Of a DNA stretch of 64,000 nucleotides, positions 28,945-43,250 are shown piece by piece. Each line of letters begins with the position of its first letter. Position 1 is the first letter of the stretch. The position numbers and the translations under genes are program-made. This DNA is from Chrysomallon squamiferum (Eukaryota > Animalia > Mollusca), in NCBI GenBank assembly GCA_012295275.1, contig CM022678.1, forward strand, positions 14,942,001 to 15,006,000, written 5' to 3'. The notes beneath the pieces are model-generated. The model saw only the letters and a list, made by a program, of their open reading frames with translations, had not been told where the DNA came from and did not search any database.

Positions 28945-29523
28945 AATAAATAAATAAATAAAATTAAATAAATAAAAAGCTAGACTTACTTTAAATGAAT
29001 AACTTTTTTACTCTCAGAATATTTATTTTATAATTATCATTTCTGAAACTTATGATATGAATATTTTTCTTTCAATTTAAAATGGAATTATTCGCTTTTT
29101 TTTTATTATTGTAGTAAGAGGTCCTCTGCAGCTTTTCATACTGATAATGATTCTCGTTGTTGCAGTTTCCTTGTTTGGAATTGTTAGCCTTCTTCAAGAA
29201 AGTAACTTTACATTTTTAAAACATAGTAGCAGTTTTATTAAGGGAAAATTACATCATGACAGAAAATATATATAAATTTAAATAAATTCTAATTAATATA
29301 TTTGTTTATTTATTGTTGAAAGTTTATCGATTTTTTGTTTCTTCATTTATTTTCATTTGATGTTGTTATCAAAAATAGCAAGTGATGAAACAGTATGGAT
29401 TACAGTATAGCTTATTTCACAAAAGAAGGAAGGTGTCACCGGAAGAAGTTTCTTCTTTAAGCATCTGCTAGTTCAGTAAGACATGGCATTGGCTTCTCTT
29501 GATGGTTTAGCAGTAAATAAATA

Positions 29524-29997
29524 CAGCAACACCTCGCTTAACGATCACCCTCAGCTGTGTTGATCAGCTGACATGCAGACAGCATACGTGCACGTGGTGT
29601 TCAGATTCTCTCTTCTCTTCTGCTTTCATTTAGACTTAACATTTTTCTAATTATATGTCAAAATAAATAGATAGTACACAGGCGAAAGCTGATATGAAAA
29701 AGAAACGGAAAACAATAACTTTAGAAATAAAATACGATATCTTAAATGAACACGAAACCCAGAAAAATGATCCCCTATGACCAGTATGTAATTATTTCTT
29801 AATCTATTTGTGTAAAATGATTTGTAAACGATATACTGTTTGTTTAATATCTATGATCTATTAAATCATTTATGTCTAAACTGCCGTTTTATTTCTCCTT
29901 ATTTAATATTTTAACCTTAATTCTATGTAAATTAGTCTCCCGCTTAACGATACCTCACTTAACGATCGGATTACATCTTTAAATCGAGGTATTGCTG
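29524..29997. mobile_element. Tc1/mariner (pogo/Tigger-type) MITE
   Basis: TA|CAGCAACACCTCG...CGAGGTATTGCTG|TA, with subterminal cttaacgat repeats. Confidence 0.8.
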
Positions 29998-32151
29998 TAT
30001 ATAATTATTTACTCCACATGGACATATATTGATAGGTAAACGACAATTCTGCTATCGCTTCTACCGCCATTGACCCCCAAACACACCCCAAAAATAAAAT
30101 TATAAAATACAAATAATAAAAATATATGAGTATTAGCATGCCAGGTGTCCAAGTGCCAGAAGCAATGACTAATGAACTTTGACAGTTGATACTAATATTT
30201 AAATGCATGTAATTAATTTCTCCTCATGTTTGATTATAATAAGCTATATATCAGTATTTGATCGCATTGTTGTTGAATATATTTGGTTATAATTACTTTC
30301 TATTACTCTAAACATCAGGGTTTTGTTTTGATTTGATTTGTTCTGATTTTAGAACTAAAATTTTCATAATGCTTCGTTTTAATTAAATACAGTTTTGTTA
30401 ACCTGCCCAGTTTGTTCTAGTTGTAGACGCCAGTGTACAATGTTTAATATTTCTATTGGTTACCTGTTTATATATTTATATTATGTATGTATATATGTAG
30501 GAATAAAACCACCAAGACGGTATTTGAGATCAAAGGATTTTAATAACAGCTAATAACTGATATAGAAATATCGAAAGATTGTGACATTGGTTTCTCCAAG
30601 TAGGACAAACTGAGAGTTAACTTTTTTGAAACAGCAGTAGCAGAAACAATAAGCATAATATTTATATATACCAACAGGTAAAAATATATGCAGTAAAAAT
30701 ATAACCTAAGTTAAAGGCACAAATCCAATATTTTTCAATTCGAAAAACTGATTGCATAAATGTCAGTGTCATTAGCGTATATATTTATACAGGTCATTTG
30801 TATAACAACACACCGGCTGTTATTAAAGTGCTGTTATTACTCTCATTTGAAAGTAGGTAAATCATTTTTAACCGGTGACTAACTTTTATTAATTAGTTAT
30901 GTTCATAGAGTATTTCTATTGTTAAATATTATAATTCCCAATGAATATTTGTAATACTTTCAATGAGAAATAATATCTACTTATTTTAAATTAATGAATT
31001 TATCTCTATTTTTTCACACATCACACTTGAACTTGAAATATATAAACAGATTTTTCACACAAATCTGGGTCACTGACTTCACTTACTCGGATTGTACAGA
31101 ATTTAATAATGAAGAATGCCACTGGATTATATTGAAATAAGAAGATGCAAAAATATGTTTTGAATGATGCAAACTGAAAAATGAAAATGTTTATGTGCGA
31201 ATATATAGAGCTTACTTTTCACTGCTTAGTATCAGGAAAAAAAGGTATTTAGTAGAAACAGGTTGTTATATTAAAGTGCACGGTTCTATTTTTAGAATTC
31301 TTGAGTTCAGTCATGTAGAAAACGCTCTATTATACTTTTTTGTAAACTAGTTACACAACCCAAGTTAAAAAATTATAAAATAAAATAAATAAATAAATAA
31401 ATAAATAAATAAAAATAATAATAATAATAATAATAGGAAAAGGAAAAGGTAAAAAACAAAAGTTCTGTTATTTTCACAAAGAATCGCCGACTGCTTAAAA
31501 AGGGAGATTACAACATAGCTGTTTAGCAAATCGACAAGAGCTAGCGAGAAACATAAATACAATTTCTGCAGCAAAAAATTTGTTGAAAAAAAAATTATGT
31601 AGAAATGTTTTTGTCCTTTGAATAAATTACGGGGTTTCTTCTTTTTGCCTTACTGAATGTTCAACAGCACTACTTAACTACGAGCGTTAAAAAAATAAAA
31701 ATAATAAATAATAATAATAAAAAATTTGTACCTTTTTGAATATTTATTAGCACCTTTACATCCACAGCACCTGTAGTTGTCTCCCTTTCACGACTCGAGT
31801 TGTCATTCAAGGACGCGGTGATTGGTAACCTACAGGGTTTTTAGGAAAACTGAATTTTTATTCAAACCTTTCGACATGTTATATAATAAAATAATCTATC
31901 AAATTATTAGAATGATACTGTTTTAAACTAATAACTCAGTGAAGTGAAAATTTTATTTCAATAAATAGAGTGTTTCATCAAAGGTGACTGGTTTTTTTTT
32001 TCATGTCTATGAGTAGGTAAATACATTAGATCTGGTTTGCTAAACAAAACGAAATAATTGTGAGATTCATATAGAGTAAACAACAAATTTATTATAACAC
32101 GTTTCGAACACAAGACAAAAGTAAACGTTTTCGCTTTTACGTGATTTCTTT

Positions 32152-33571
32152 TTATACAGTATTTGTCACCCTAAACTGAAAGAACGCTTTGAAAGTGCCT
32201 AAACGGTTTTCATTTTCAAACAGCTCTCTGTTGAATCGGGATCTCTTCTCTGCACTGTTTCTTAACTTGGGTGTACTCGATCGCGACCATTTATACAAAT
32301 AAATCTGATATCGATGTGTGCCAATGGGGGGTCGTGGACCTTTATATTCTGAAATAAACAGAAAAATTAATTCTGTACTAATAATGTAAATCAAAACATT
32401 TAATAGAAAAGAAAAACCAGTAATAATTTTCTAAAGTGTCTTTTAAGCTTTTAATTTGTTTAGATACTTTTAACTGTTATCATCATTATTATTGTTATTA
32501 TTTTTTTTTGTTATCTTTTTAATTTAATTAATTGATTAATCAACAATTTCAAGTTGAAAACTGTTTGGTATAAATAAATAAACAACATTACCAAAGAGCA
32601 ATAAACAAATTAGTGATTAGAAAAACAAAAACGACTGTGTAGTATATCATTAATAGTTACTTACTGATAAGGTCGTTATCAGAGTAAAGAAATCCCTCTT
32701 TCTGAAATACATAATAGATGTATACAAATACCATGTGTAGCATAATCTATTTATTGTCATAATTTATAACATATAAACACATACATCTGAAAATTTTCGA
32801 ATGAATCATGACATCTTTATGAATAATAATCCATTCTAGGTATTGAAATTCTTTGACGTCGGTGCATTAATGCATATATATATGTATATATATATGTATA
32901 TAATAAAGAAAAAGGTAAAACTTACCGAGGTGACAATGGCTGCATAGTGAACATAATCAGCGAAACTTTCCTCTGGGGGTGCGCAAGGATAGGGTGCGTC
33001 CGGGTCCAGCATCAGAAGGATATACTTTCGACCCTATAAATGTTTAAAAATATATAGGGAGACTCTTACCTGAGTTTATATTTACATGTAATGTTAGTGT
33101 AAAGTGCTAGCAGTTGAAGAAGTAATAATAATTGTAGAAAATGAAATAAAGAAATAATTAATAAAATAGTAATAGCAATAGATATAGAAGAAGTAGTAAT
33201 AGATGTAATATTAGCAGTGCCAGAGAAATGAAGAAATAATAACAGAAAACGAAAAAATAGTTAGTAATAGATGCAGAGCTAAAAGTAATAGTAATAGTAG
33301 TAGATGAAGTATTTGTGAGATTTGAAAGAATAATAACAAAGTATACCTCTGTACTGTGTGGGTATTTTATATGTGGACGTCTCTGAGTTTGTTCCTTTGT
33401 AAGAAGATCATTACAGAGGACATCTTGGCCACTGAATGAGAGATGCAGTTTTCTCACACTGGGATCGAAACAGTTTGACCCTTTTTGTCCATCACATTCT
33501 GGAGCGCAGTTTATTATACCAAAAATATTTATCAGCAAAATTAAGGCTATTTTTAGATGAATGGAAAACAT
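32152..33571 (-). CDS. Secreted phosphatidylethanolamine-binding protein (PEBP) family gene A1, 188 aa. Exons 33347-33571, 32926-33033, 32665-32701, 32152-32348
   Basis: GT-AG exons join in frame (567 nt). Hydrophobic N-terminal signal peptide, PEBP motifs YILLMLDPDAP and YKGPRPPIGTHRY. Confidence 0.92.
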
Positions 33572-34176
33572 TTTAATAATTTGTCATAAATACTAAATCG
33601 TCAACTTAACTGAAGTTTTCTGTTATGCTTTTATTACGTCATCAATTTTATTACGTATCGCTGATGAAGCCGTCTGGTTCAAATAAGGAACAACGCTGTA
33701 TAAAACAATATATCCAACCATCTATGTGTTTCATTGGAGTGACTGTTTCATTTTAATTGCACTATTTGATATGCGGCAGAATATATTTTTGTTTCAAAAG
33801 TGTTTGATGAAAGACTATTTGCAGGCGAAATAAATACATAAATAAATAAATAAATATTTAAAGACAGGAAGAAAGAAAGAAAGAAAAATGAAATACTGAT
33901 ACAAAGATTCAGAAATTTTAGAGGTTAATTAATAAAATAAATAAATAAACACACAAACAAACAAATAAAATAAAATGAAACAAAATACATAAATGAATTA
34001 AAAGAAATGAACAGTTTTATACGTACTTTTTTCTTCTCATTAGTTCTTTATTCATTATGTGTATTAGAAAACCAAAATATTTTATTTTATAAATTTTATT
34101 TTCAGTACAAATCAGTTTTATGACATTTATTTGAAAAAATTATTATATCCCAGTTGCTCGGTTACGAATATACGGT

Positions 34177-34828
34177 TATCCAATAGAAGTTATTTCTGCA
34201 AATACACGGAACTGAAAAAAGCCTTCATGGCTTGAAACTCGGTTATTTTGAATGAGCCTCTGTTAAAAACCTTTTCGCCTGGCTTCATCAGCACTGGTGG
34301 AGTCGTTTGTTCCCATTTGTAGAGAAGAAACCTGTACCTGTGTATGCCTGCAGGGACAGTGGGGACTGGTATTCTGCAAATCAAAAACATTAACAATGAT
34401 TAATCTTCAACAATCCATAAAAAAATAAAAATAAATAAATAAAAAAATGTTAAAAATATATTTAACAAAAAATTATTTATAGATAGATAGATAGATAGAT
34501 AATTAAAAAAAAATGTATAAATTAAAAAAAGAAGAACAAAAACAAAACAAACAAATCCCCACACAAGACAGATCCATCTCGTAATTAACTGAAATTTAAT
34601 CTTGCGTAAGTTACTTAATTTTCCACTATATATTTACGAGATACGGACGCTAATAATAATTCTAAATAAAAACTGAATTCATTAAAATTATACAAATCTT
34701 CAAAATAATATGATTTAAAATAACAAGAAATTATTGAAATAATGTTTGGTCCTATTTAATTTAATATAATTAATGTTCTTACTGGCAAAGAAAATTATTT
34801 TTTGTATTACGAGACCAACCAATAATAA

Positions 34829-34861
<33 letters not shown>

Positions 34862-36255
34862 AAAATAAAAATAAAAATGTCTTTTCTTTTACTGGGAAAC
34901 TTCAATCAGTTTAATATGCATAAACGTTCTTATTTTCTTTTCTAAATACTTCTTTCTGAATAAAGTTTGCAGAATTCTTAGAAACCCACTTGGAAATTAT
35001 TGCATTTTAGAGAAATCGTGGTTTGAATTCAAACAATAGCTTTCCCTTTAATTATATTTAACAACAAGAACTTGAACTGGACTCAGCAATTCAGAGTCAT
35101 TCTGTAAATAAATAAATAAAGCTAATAGCCAATACTTACAAGGAGAAGTATGAAATAATTAAGTGAAGTCAGTCCTGGCGGACAGCGGAAAGATTAAAGA
35201 CTGTCCTCACAACATTAAATGACATTTCAAAAACCAATCTTAAGTGATCGATGTCATCTAGAAGGGTGAGCATCCCGATTCAAGTAAAGGCGTATGAAAC
35301 ACATCAAGCACGTGACTTTTGAAGATGTCGATTCCTCTCTAACTAAATGAATTCGACAAGTGGCTGCTATACCTGAGTTCGTATCAATGCTGAAATGCTA
35401 CTTCAAAAAGCACGAGGCTTGGTCACGACCATGGTGAGAAACTGAATGACAGTTGCACTAATTGTTTTAAGGAAACGTTAGGAATCGGAAAAGCATTTAA
35501 AACGGGTGAATCTGAGGTGTTAATACAGCAGTAGTTGAATAATGGAAAACAGAAAAACTGAAGGCCATTCTCCAGAGATATGAACCACAGGACATGTATA
35601 TAAGGCCGATCAAAGCGGATTATTTTGGCTGCTTCAGAGAACACGCCAGGATAAATCGCCATTTTGCCGACTTAAATTTACAAGTAGTCACTATGACGAG
35701 TAAGTCACCATGTTGACGACTTACATTGCACGTCATATGTTTAAGTCGTCAGAAAAATCTTGGTCCCGAAAGTGACGACGTAGGCGAGGTTTACTGTAGT
35801 AACAGTATGCTTTGAAGAATGTTTCATAGTAATAATTTCAGGTTTTTAATAATGTAGTTGTAATATAGTCGTAATAGTTGCATATTTTCAACGATGTAGT
35901 CGTAACTTAGTTTCAACCTTTGTTGTAGTTTTACCTTTTGAACATATTGTGGTAATGACATAGTTGTAGTAGTAGTGAGTTTTGAACGATATTGTTGTAG
36001 TAGTGGTAAACGTGTTGAAGTATGTGGTTGTAGTTATTTGTTTTGAACACTTGTTGTAGTGATGTTTTTCACAATGTAGCTGTATGTATTTAACAAAGAC
36101 AACGTAGTAGTATTTGCATCCTATGATTAGCTGCAGTTATACTAGTAGTTGAACAAAGAAACAACGCTGTTACAGTACCGCGGACATTATAGCAGCATAA
36201 TGTACATATTCGACACCCGCAGGTTTCAGAGGCGCATCTGGATCCAACGGCTATT
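34177..36255 (-). pseudogene. 5'-truncated PEBP-B pseudogene (exons 2-4 only)
   Basis: Homologous to the gene at 40127-43450. Exon 2 (36179-36255) has 16-nt and 9-nt deletions, the exon 3 donor is mutated GT>TT, exon 4 has a 19-nt frameshifting deletion, and no exon 1 is found. Confidence 0.9.
35690..35796. mobile_element. Right end of a Tigger/pogo-like element
   Basis: GACGACGTAGGCGAGGTTTACTG|TA is the inverted counterpart (22/23) of the end at 41501. Confidence 0.75.
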
Positions 36256-36318
36256 CTGAAAAATAACAAATGAACGTTTTGTTTGGTTGTTTTGTTGTTC
36301 TTTTCAACAACAACAGTA

Positions 36319-36370
<52 letters not shown>

Positions 36371-36777
36371 TACTTGACAACAGAAAAATAATGAAATACT
36401 GAGTACATCTGTGGATTAACCATTAAGTAAAATAAACAGATTACTTACAGCACCAAGTGATCCCCTACTCCACCCTAGCTTTCTACTTTTAATTATTTCA
36501 GATTAATTATGTCAGATTAATAACTAATTAATTAATTTATTTTTTGATTTTATTATTATTATTGCATCTTATTATTTCAATGTAATTCAATGGCATTAGT
36601 AGTAGTATTTACTTCGATTTTAATAATAATAATAACCATTAAAGAATAAAAATAAAATAGAAAATGAAAAGCTACACTTACTTTAAAGGAATAACTTTTA
36701 CTACTCATGATACTAACATTTTTCTTTCGAATATTTTTGCTTTAAATTAAAACGTATTATTCGATTTTATTATACTG

Positions 36778-36841
<64 letters not shown>

Positions 36842-37561
36842 CACCAACGGGTCAAAATATTGCAGTTAACTAAAAAAAGAATTTTTTTCAAAATAATTTG
36901 ATGTCATTAAAGTAAAGTATTGTTACTTCCTCTTTAAACACACACACAGAAACACGTGACTTATATAAGCTAAAGCCACCAAACCCAATAACTGCATAAA
37001 TGACAATGTTTTAGCGGATGTGTTTATACATTTTTATAACAATACACCGGTTGTTATTAAAGTGCCGTCATTTCTCTCATTTGAAAGTAGGTAAATAATT
37101 TTTTAACTGGTGACTAACTTTTATCAGTTAGATCCGTTGATAGGGTATTTCTATTTTTAAATATATAATTCCCAATGAATATTCGCAGAACTTTCAATGA
37201 GAAATAATATCTACATATTTTAAATTAATGAATTTAACTCTATTTTTTTCACACTTCATTTGCACTTGAATTATATAAATAGATTTTTCACGCAAATCTG
37301 AGTCACTGACTTCACTTACTCGTATTGTACAGAATTTAATGAAGAATGCCATTGAATTACATTCAAATAAGAAGATACAAAAATATGTTTTGAATGAGCA
37401 AACTGAAAATCAATCAGAATAAATGAAATTACATAATTTTGGAAGATTTACATTTATAATGTATAATAAATTAAATTATGTAAATGTCAAAGTTATCGTA
37501 CAGAAAAAAGATAAATGATGATGATTATGATGATGACGACGATGACAATAATAACAACTTA

Positions 37562-37595
<34 letters not shown>

Positions 37596-38152
37596 TTTCT
37601 TTTTCACAAAGAATCCCCGATTGCCCAAACCTTCCGACATGTTATAATAATAAAATAATCTATCAAATTATTAGAATTATTAAAATTTTATTTCAATCAA
37701 TAGAGAGGGAAAACAATTCTACACAGAAACATCATCAACAACAACGAAAACAAAACAGCAACAACAAGAACTTCAAAAGCAACATTTTTACTCTGAGTTT
37801 AAGTCCAAGTTAATTGTTGGAAATAAGACGTAATCAAACTGGGCGTTGTCCCGTGAGTCTGTGATTTACTGAAATACAAGTGATATCTCACTGAAAACAG
37901 TTTATAAAATGTATTTGTGGATGTTTTGGGATCAGTCTTCTATGGTGCTCTTTCACGTTCCAGCCAGTGTGTCATCAAAGGTAACTGATGTTTTTGTTTT
38001 CATGTCTATGAGTAGGTAAATACGTTAAATCTGGTTTACTAAACAATGCGAAATAATTATGAGATTCAGAGAGTCATCAACAAACGTATCATAACAGGTT
38101 TAAAACTAATGTAGACAAAAATAAAAATGTATCTCTTTTGGATGATCTCTTT

Positions 38153-39583
38153 TTATACAGTTTTTGTCACCATAAACTGAAAGAACGCTTTGAAAGTGCC
38201 TAAATGGTTTTCATTTTCAAACAGCTCTCTGTTGAATCGGGATCTCTCCTCTGTACTATTTGTAAACTTGAGTGGACTCGATCGCGGACATTTATACAAA
38301 TAAATCTGATATCGATGTGTGCCACTGGGGGGTCGTGGACCTTTATATTCTGAAATGAACAGAAAAATTAATTCTGTACTAATAATGTAAATAAAAAATT
38401 TGATAGAAAAGAAAAACCTGTAATAATTTTCTAGAGTGACTTTTAAGCTTTTAATTTATTTAGTTATTTTTAACTGTCGTCATCGTTATTATTATTGTTA
38501 TTTGTTTGTTGTCTTTTTAATTTAATCACTGATTAATCAACTACTTCAAGCTGAAATCTGTCATGTACAAATAAACAACATTAAAAACCAATGAGCAACA
38601 TACAGACTAGTGATTAGAAAAACAAAAACAACTGTGTAGTATATCATTAATAGTTACTTACTGATAAGGTCGTTATCAGAGTAAAGAAGTCCCTCTTTCT
38701 GAAATACATAATAGATGTATACAAATACCATGTATAGAATAATCTATTTATTGTCATAATTTATAACATATAAACACATACATCTGAAAATTTTCGAATG
38801 ATAGTGACATCATTGTGAATAATAATCCATTCTTGGTATTGAAATTCTTTAACGTCGGTGCATTAATGCATGATTATATGTATATATATATGTATATATA
38901 AAGAAAAAGGTAAAACTTACCGAGGTGACAATGGCTGCATAGTGAACATAATCAGCGAAACTTTCCTCTGGGGGTGCGCAAGGATAGGGTGCGTCCGGGT
39001 CCAGCATCAGAAGGATATACTTTCGACCCTATAAATGTTTAAAAATATATAGGGAGACTCTTACCTGAGTTTATATTTACATGTAATGTTAGTGTAAAGT
39101 GCTAGCAGTTGAAGAAGTAATAATAATTGTAGAAAATGAAATAAAGAAATAATTAATAAAATGGTAATAGCAATAGATGTAGAAGAAGTAGTAATAGATG
39201 TAATATTAGCAGTGCCAGAGAAATTAAGAAATAGTAATAGAAGTAATAATAATAGCAGAAAACGAAAAATAATTAGTAATAGTAATAGATGCAGAATAAT
39301 TAGTAATAGTAGTAGATGAAGTATTTGTGAGATTTGAAAGAATAATAACAAAGTATACCTCTGTACTGTGTGGGTATTTTATACGTGGACGTCTCTGAGT
39401 TTGTTCCTTTGTAAGAAGATCATTACAGAGGACATCTTGGCCACTGAATGATACATGCAGTTTTCTCACACTGGGATTGAAACAGTTTGACTCTTTTTGA
39501 GCATCACATTCTGGAGCGCAGTTTATTATACCAAAAATATTTATCAGCAACATTAAGGCTATTTTTAGATGAATGGAAAACAT
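38153..39583 (-). CDS. Secreted PEBP family gene A2, 188 aa (paralog of A1). Exons 39359-39583, 38921-39028, 38662-38698, 38153-38349
   Basis: Same exon sizes as A1 (225/108/37/197), intact frame, DPDAP and GTHRY motifs. Confidence 0.92.
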
Positions 39584-40126
39584 TTTAATAATTTGTCATA
39601 AATACTAAATCGTCAACTTAACTGAAGTTTTCGTTATGTTTTTATTACGTCATCAATTTTATTACGTATCGCTGATGAATCCGTCTGGTTCAAAGAAGGA
39701 AATGCGCTATATTAAACAATATATCCAACCATTTTCGAGTGACCAACTATTTCATTTTAATTGTAGGTTTTGATATAAGGCAGATTTTATTTTTGTTTCA
39801 AAAGTGTTTGATGAAAGACTATTTGAACGAGAAATAAACAAATAAAAAAAGAAAGAAAGAAAATGAAATAGGGATACAAAAGATATGTTCAGAACTATAG
39901 AAGTTTCAGAGGTTAATTAATAAAATAAATAAACACACAAACAAACAAATAAAGTAAAATGAAATAAAATAAATAAATAACTGAACAATTTTATACGTCC
40001 TTATTTTCTTTTTCATTAGTTCTTTATTCGTTATCAATATTCATGTTTATTAGAAAAACAACATATTTTATTTTCATAAATTTGATTTTCGGTACAAATT
40101 TGAAATAATTATTATTTCTCATGCGG

Positions 40127-41393
40127 TTATCCAATAGAAGTTTTTTCTGCAAATACACGGAACTGAAAAAAGCCTTCATAAGACTTTAGTTTGTTTTTGG
40201 CTTGAAACTCGGTTATTTTGAATGAGCCTCTGTTAAAAACCTTTTCGCCTGGCTTCATCAGCACTGGTGGAGTCGTTTGTTCCCATTTGTAGAGAAGAAA
40301 CCTGTACCTGTGTATGCCTGCAGGGACAGTGGGGCCCTGGTATTCTGAAAATCAAAAACATTAACAATGATTAATTTTCAATAATCCATGAAAAAAAACC
40401 CCAAAACATATATAAATAAATTAATTAATTAAAAAAATAAATTTAAAAACATTATATAAAATAAAAAATAATATAAATTAAAAAAAAGAAAAAAAGAAGA
40501 AAAGCAAAGCAAACAAACAAAGCAAAAAACAAACAAAACAAAGACAGATCTATCTCGTAATTAACTGAAATTTAATCTTGTATAAGTTAATTAATTTTCC
40601 ACTATATAATAACGAGATACGGACGCTAAATAATAATTACTGAATTCGTGAAAGAAGGTTATTAAAATTATACAAATCTTCAAAATAATAAGCATGATTT
40701 AAAATAACAAGAAATTATTGAAATAATTTTTTGTCCTTTTTAATTTAGTATAATTAATGTTCTGACTGGCAAAGAAAATTATTTTTTGTTTTACGAGACC
40801 AGCCTTTATGACTAATCCAGAATCAGATTAATAATAATAATAATAAAAATAAATAAATAAAAATAAAAATAATAATTTATCTTTTCTTTTACTAGGAAAC
40901 TTCAATTAGTTTAAACTGCATAAACGTTCTTATTTTCTTTTCTAAATAAAGTTTGCAGAATTCTTAGAAACACACTTGGAAATTATTGCATTTTAGAGAA
41001 ATCGTGGTTTGAATTCAAACAATAGCTTTCCCTTTAATTATATTTACCAACAAGAACTTGAACTGGACTCAGCAATCCAAAGTCGTTCTGTAAATAAATA
41101 AATAAAATAAAAATACGAAAAATAAATAAATAATAAAAGACTTTGTTAGTGGTGTAGCGAAAAATTAAAACTGAATAATTAACAAACTAAATAATTAGAT
41201 AAAGCAAACAGAAATAGCATTAAACAAAAAAAAAAAAAATAAAAAAATAAAAAAAATAAAAATAAAATAAAAAAAATAAAATAAAAATGTAACAATAATA
41301 AATTGAAAATAAAACAACTATCATTTTTAAACATAAATAAAAATTATTTGAAACGTTCATAATATGCCAGAAAAATATCAAGATAATAATAAT

Positions 41394-41444
<51 letters not shown>

Positions 41445-43193
41445 AACAATAATAATAATAATAATTTAAAAAACAAACAAATGCAGTCCTAATAGTAGTA
41501 CAGTAAACCTCGCCTAAGTCGTCTGCTTTTAAGTCGTCAAACTGCGTAAGTCGCAACCTTAGCGAAAGTCCCGATTTTTGTAACGTTATTTCCAGTAAAA
41601 TGTCCCTGACTAAGACGTCAAAACAACCATTTGTCAGACGTCAAAACTAATTTGTTAGATAGTGTGTGAGACAGTGTAATAAGTTTGATTGGTTTGCCTC
41701 ACTATTGCTATAATGGGATAGTCCAATAAGCTTGGCATTAAACATATTCATGTTTTAATTGATGTTAACACTTGCATTGGAGTGAGAACTTATTAGCTGT
41801 GCATTTAATGTTTCAATAGTAAATAAATTCTGTGTTTCACTAACAATACATAAAACACATCCTCTTGTTCTAAATAAATTGAGTAGACTGACTACCGATA
41901 ATGCAGTCGTAATAGTGATAGCAGCTGCATATTTTCAACAATGTAGTCGTTACGTAGTTTCACACTTCTTTTGTAGTTGTATCTTCTGATCGTATTGTGT
42001 AATAGTAGCTGTATGTTCTGAATGATGTTGTAGTAGTGGTAAACGTTATGTTGAAGTACTGGTAGCTATATGTTTTAAACAATGTTGTTGTAGATATATC
42101 AGTGGTCTCGCCAGCATTTGTGAAAGGGATGGCGGGAATCAGCGGAAATGGTGTAAGCTAAACGAAGGGACGGTACTGAAAATGTTCAGAGTACAAGTAC
42201 TTTGAACAATCAAAAATACTCCTACAAATAATTGCATCAAATGCATTAACTATTAACAAGTTAATTTTATTTGCAATTAAATAAAATCAATGTGTCTGTT
42301 ACCGGCGAGTTTTCACTGGTTGTTCTGTGAATTACATTCTTTACATGAATATATGTACACAAAATAACACAGACACACACATATTGTGAGTTGCAGCAAA
42401 TTTCAGAGGAATTGGATTGCGTCCCTTTGTAAATAAAACAGTCGTTGCGTCGGATTACTTCAATTTTGTTTAGGGACAAGACACGTGAACTGCTGACCCC
42501 AAAAATACAAAACAATGGCCTGACAGCCAGTCTAAATAAACGGGTGGTGGATCCTGCTCCGTGGCTGACAACTGCCGGGCGAACTCGTCGTAAGCCGTAA
42601 GTGATGGCAGGCCCGCCATCGTTTACTGTATGTAGCGAGATCTCTGTATATGTTTTGAACAATGTTGTTGTAGTGATGTTTTTGACAATGTAGCTGTATA
42701 TTTTGAAAAAAGACGACGAAGTAGTATTTGCATCCTATGATTGATTAGCTGCAGCTGTTGTAGTAGTTGAACAAAGAAACAACGCTGTTACAGTACCGCG
42801 GACATTATAGCAGCATAATGTACATATTCGACACCTGCAGGTTTCTGACAAGGTAGAGGCGCATCTGGATCCAGAAGAAAAATAATATAGCGGCTATTCT
42901 GAAAAATAACAAATAAAAGGTTTTTTTTTTTTGTTAGTTAGTTTTAATAATAATGATAAGGAAAAAAGAGAGAAAATCCCACAAATAAATAAATTATGCC
43001 TGTTATTAGTTGTTATGAATATGTATTTTGTCCTGATCTCTCTCTCTCTCTCTCGTTTACAATGTTATTTGGTTTAACATTCACAATGTTAGCCAAAGTG
43101 GTCTTTTCCCTTTTTCATAATAATCTGATTGAAATAATTAAGATATATGCAATTCAAATAAATCAGTAAATGATTTAGTACCTTTAAAATATT

Positions 43194-43250
<57 letters not shown>

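Larger units (their letters stand above)
28720..42930. repeat. Tandem segmental duplication: copy 1 ~28720-36300, copy 2 ~36450-42930
   Basis: Collinear homologous blocks: 28728/36455, 28976/36668, 30745/36985, 31970/37970, PEBP-A genes, and PEBP-B exons 4, 3 and 2. Copy-specific insertions and deletions are present. Confidence 0.9.

Noticed and set aside
36090-36380. Poly-Leu ORF resembling a signal-peptide protein (also poly-Cys 41344-41556 and poly-Asn 37484-37813)
   Set aside because: These derive from (TAA)n, (CAA)n and (GAT)n microsatellites.
42267-42662. 131-aa ORF inside PEBP-B intron 2
   Set aside because: It lies within a copy-specific MITE-like insertion, has a non-ATG start and shows no recognisable motif.
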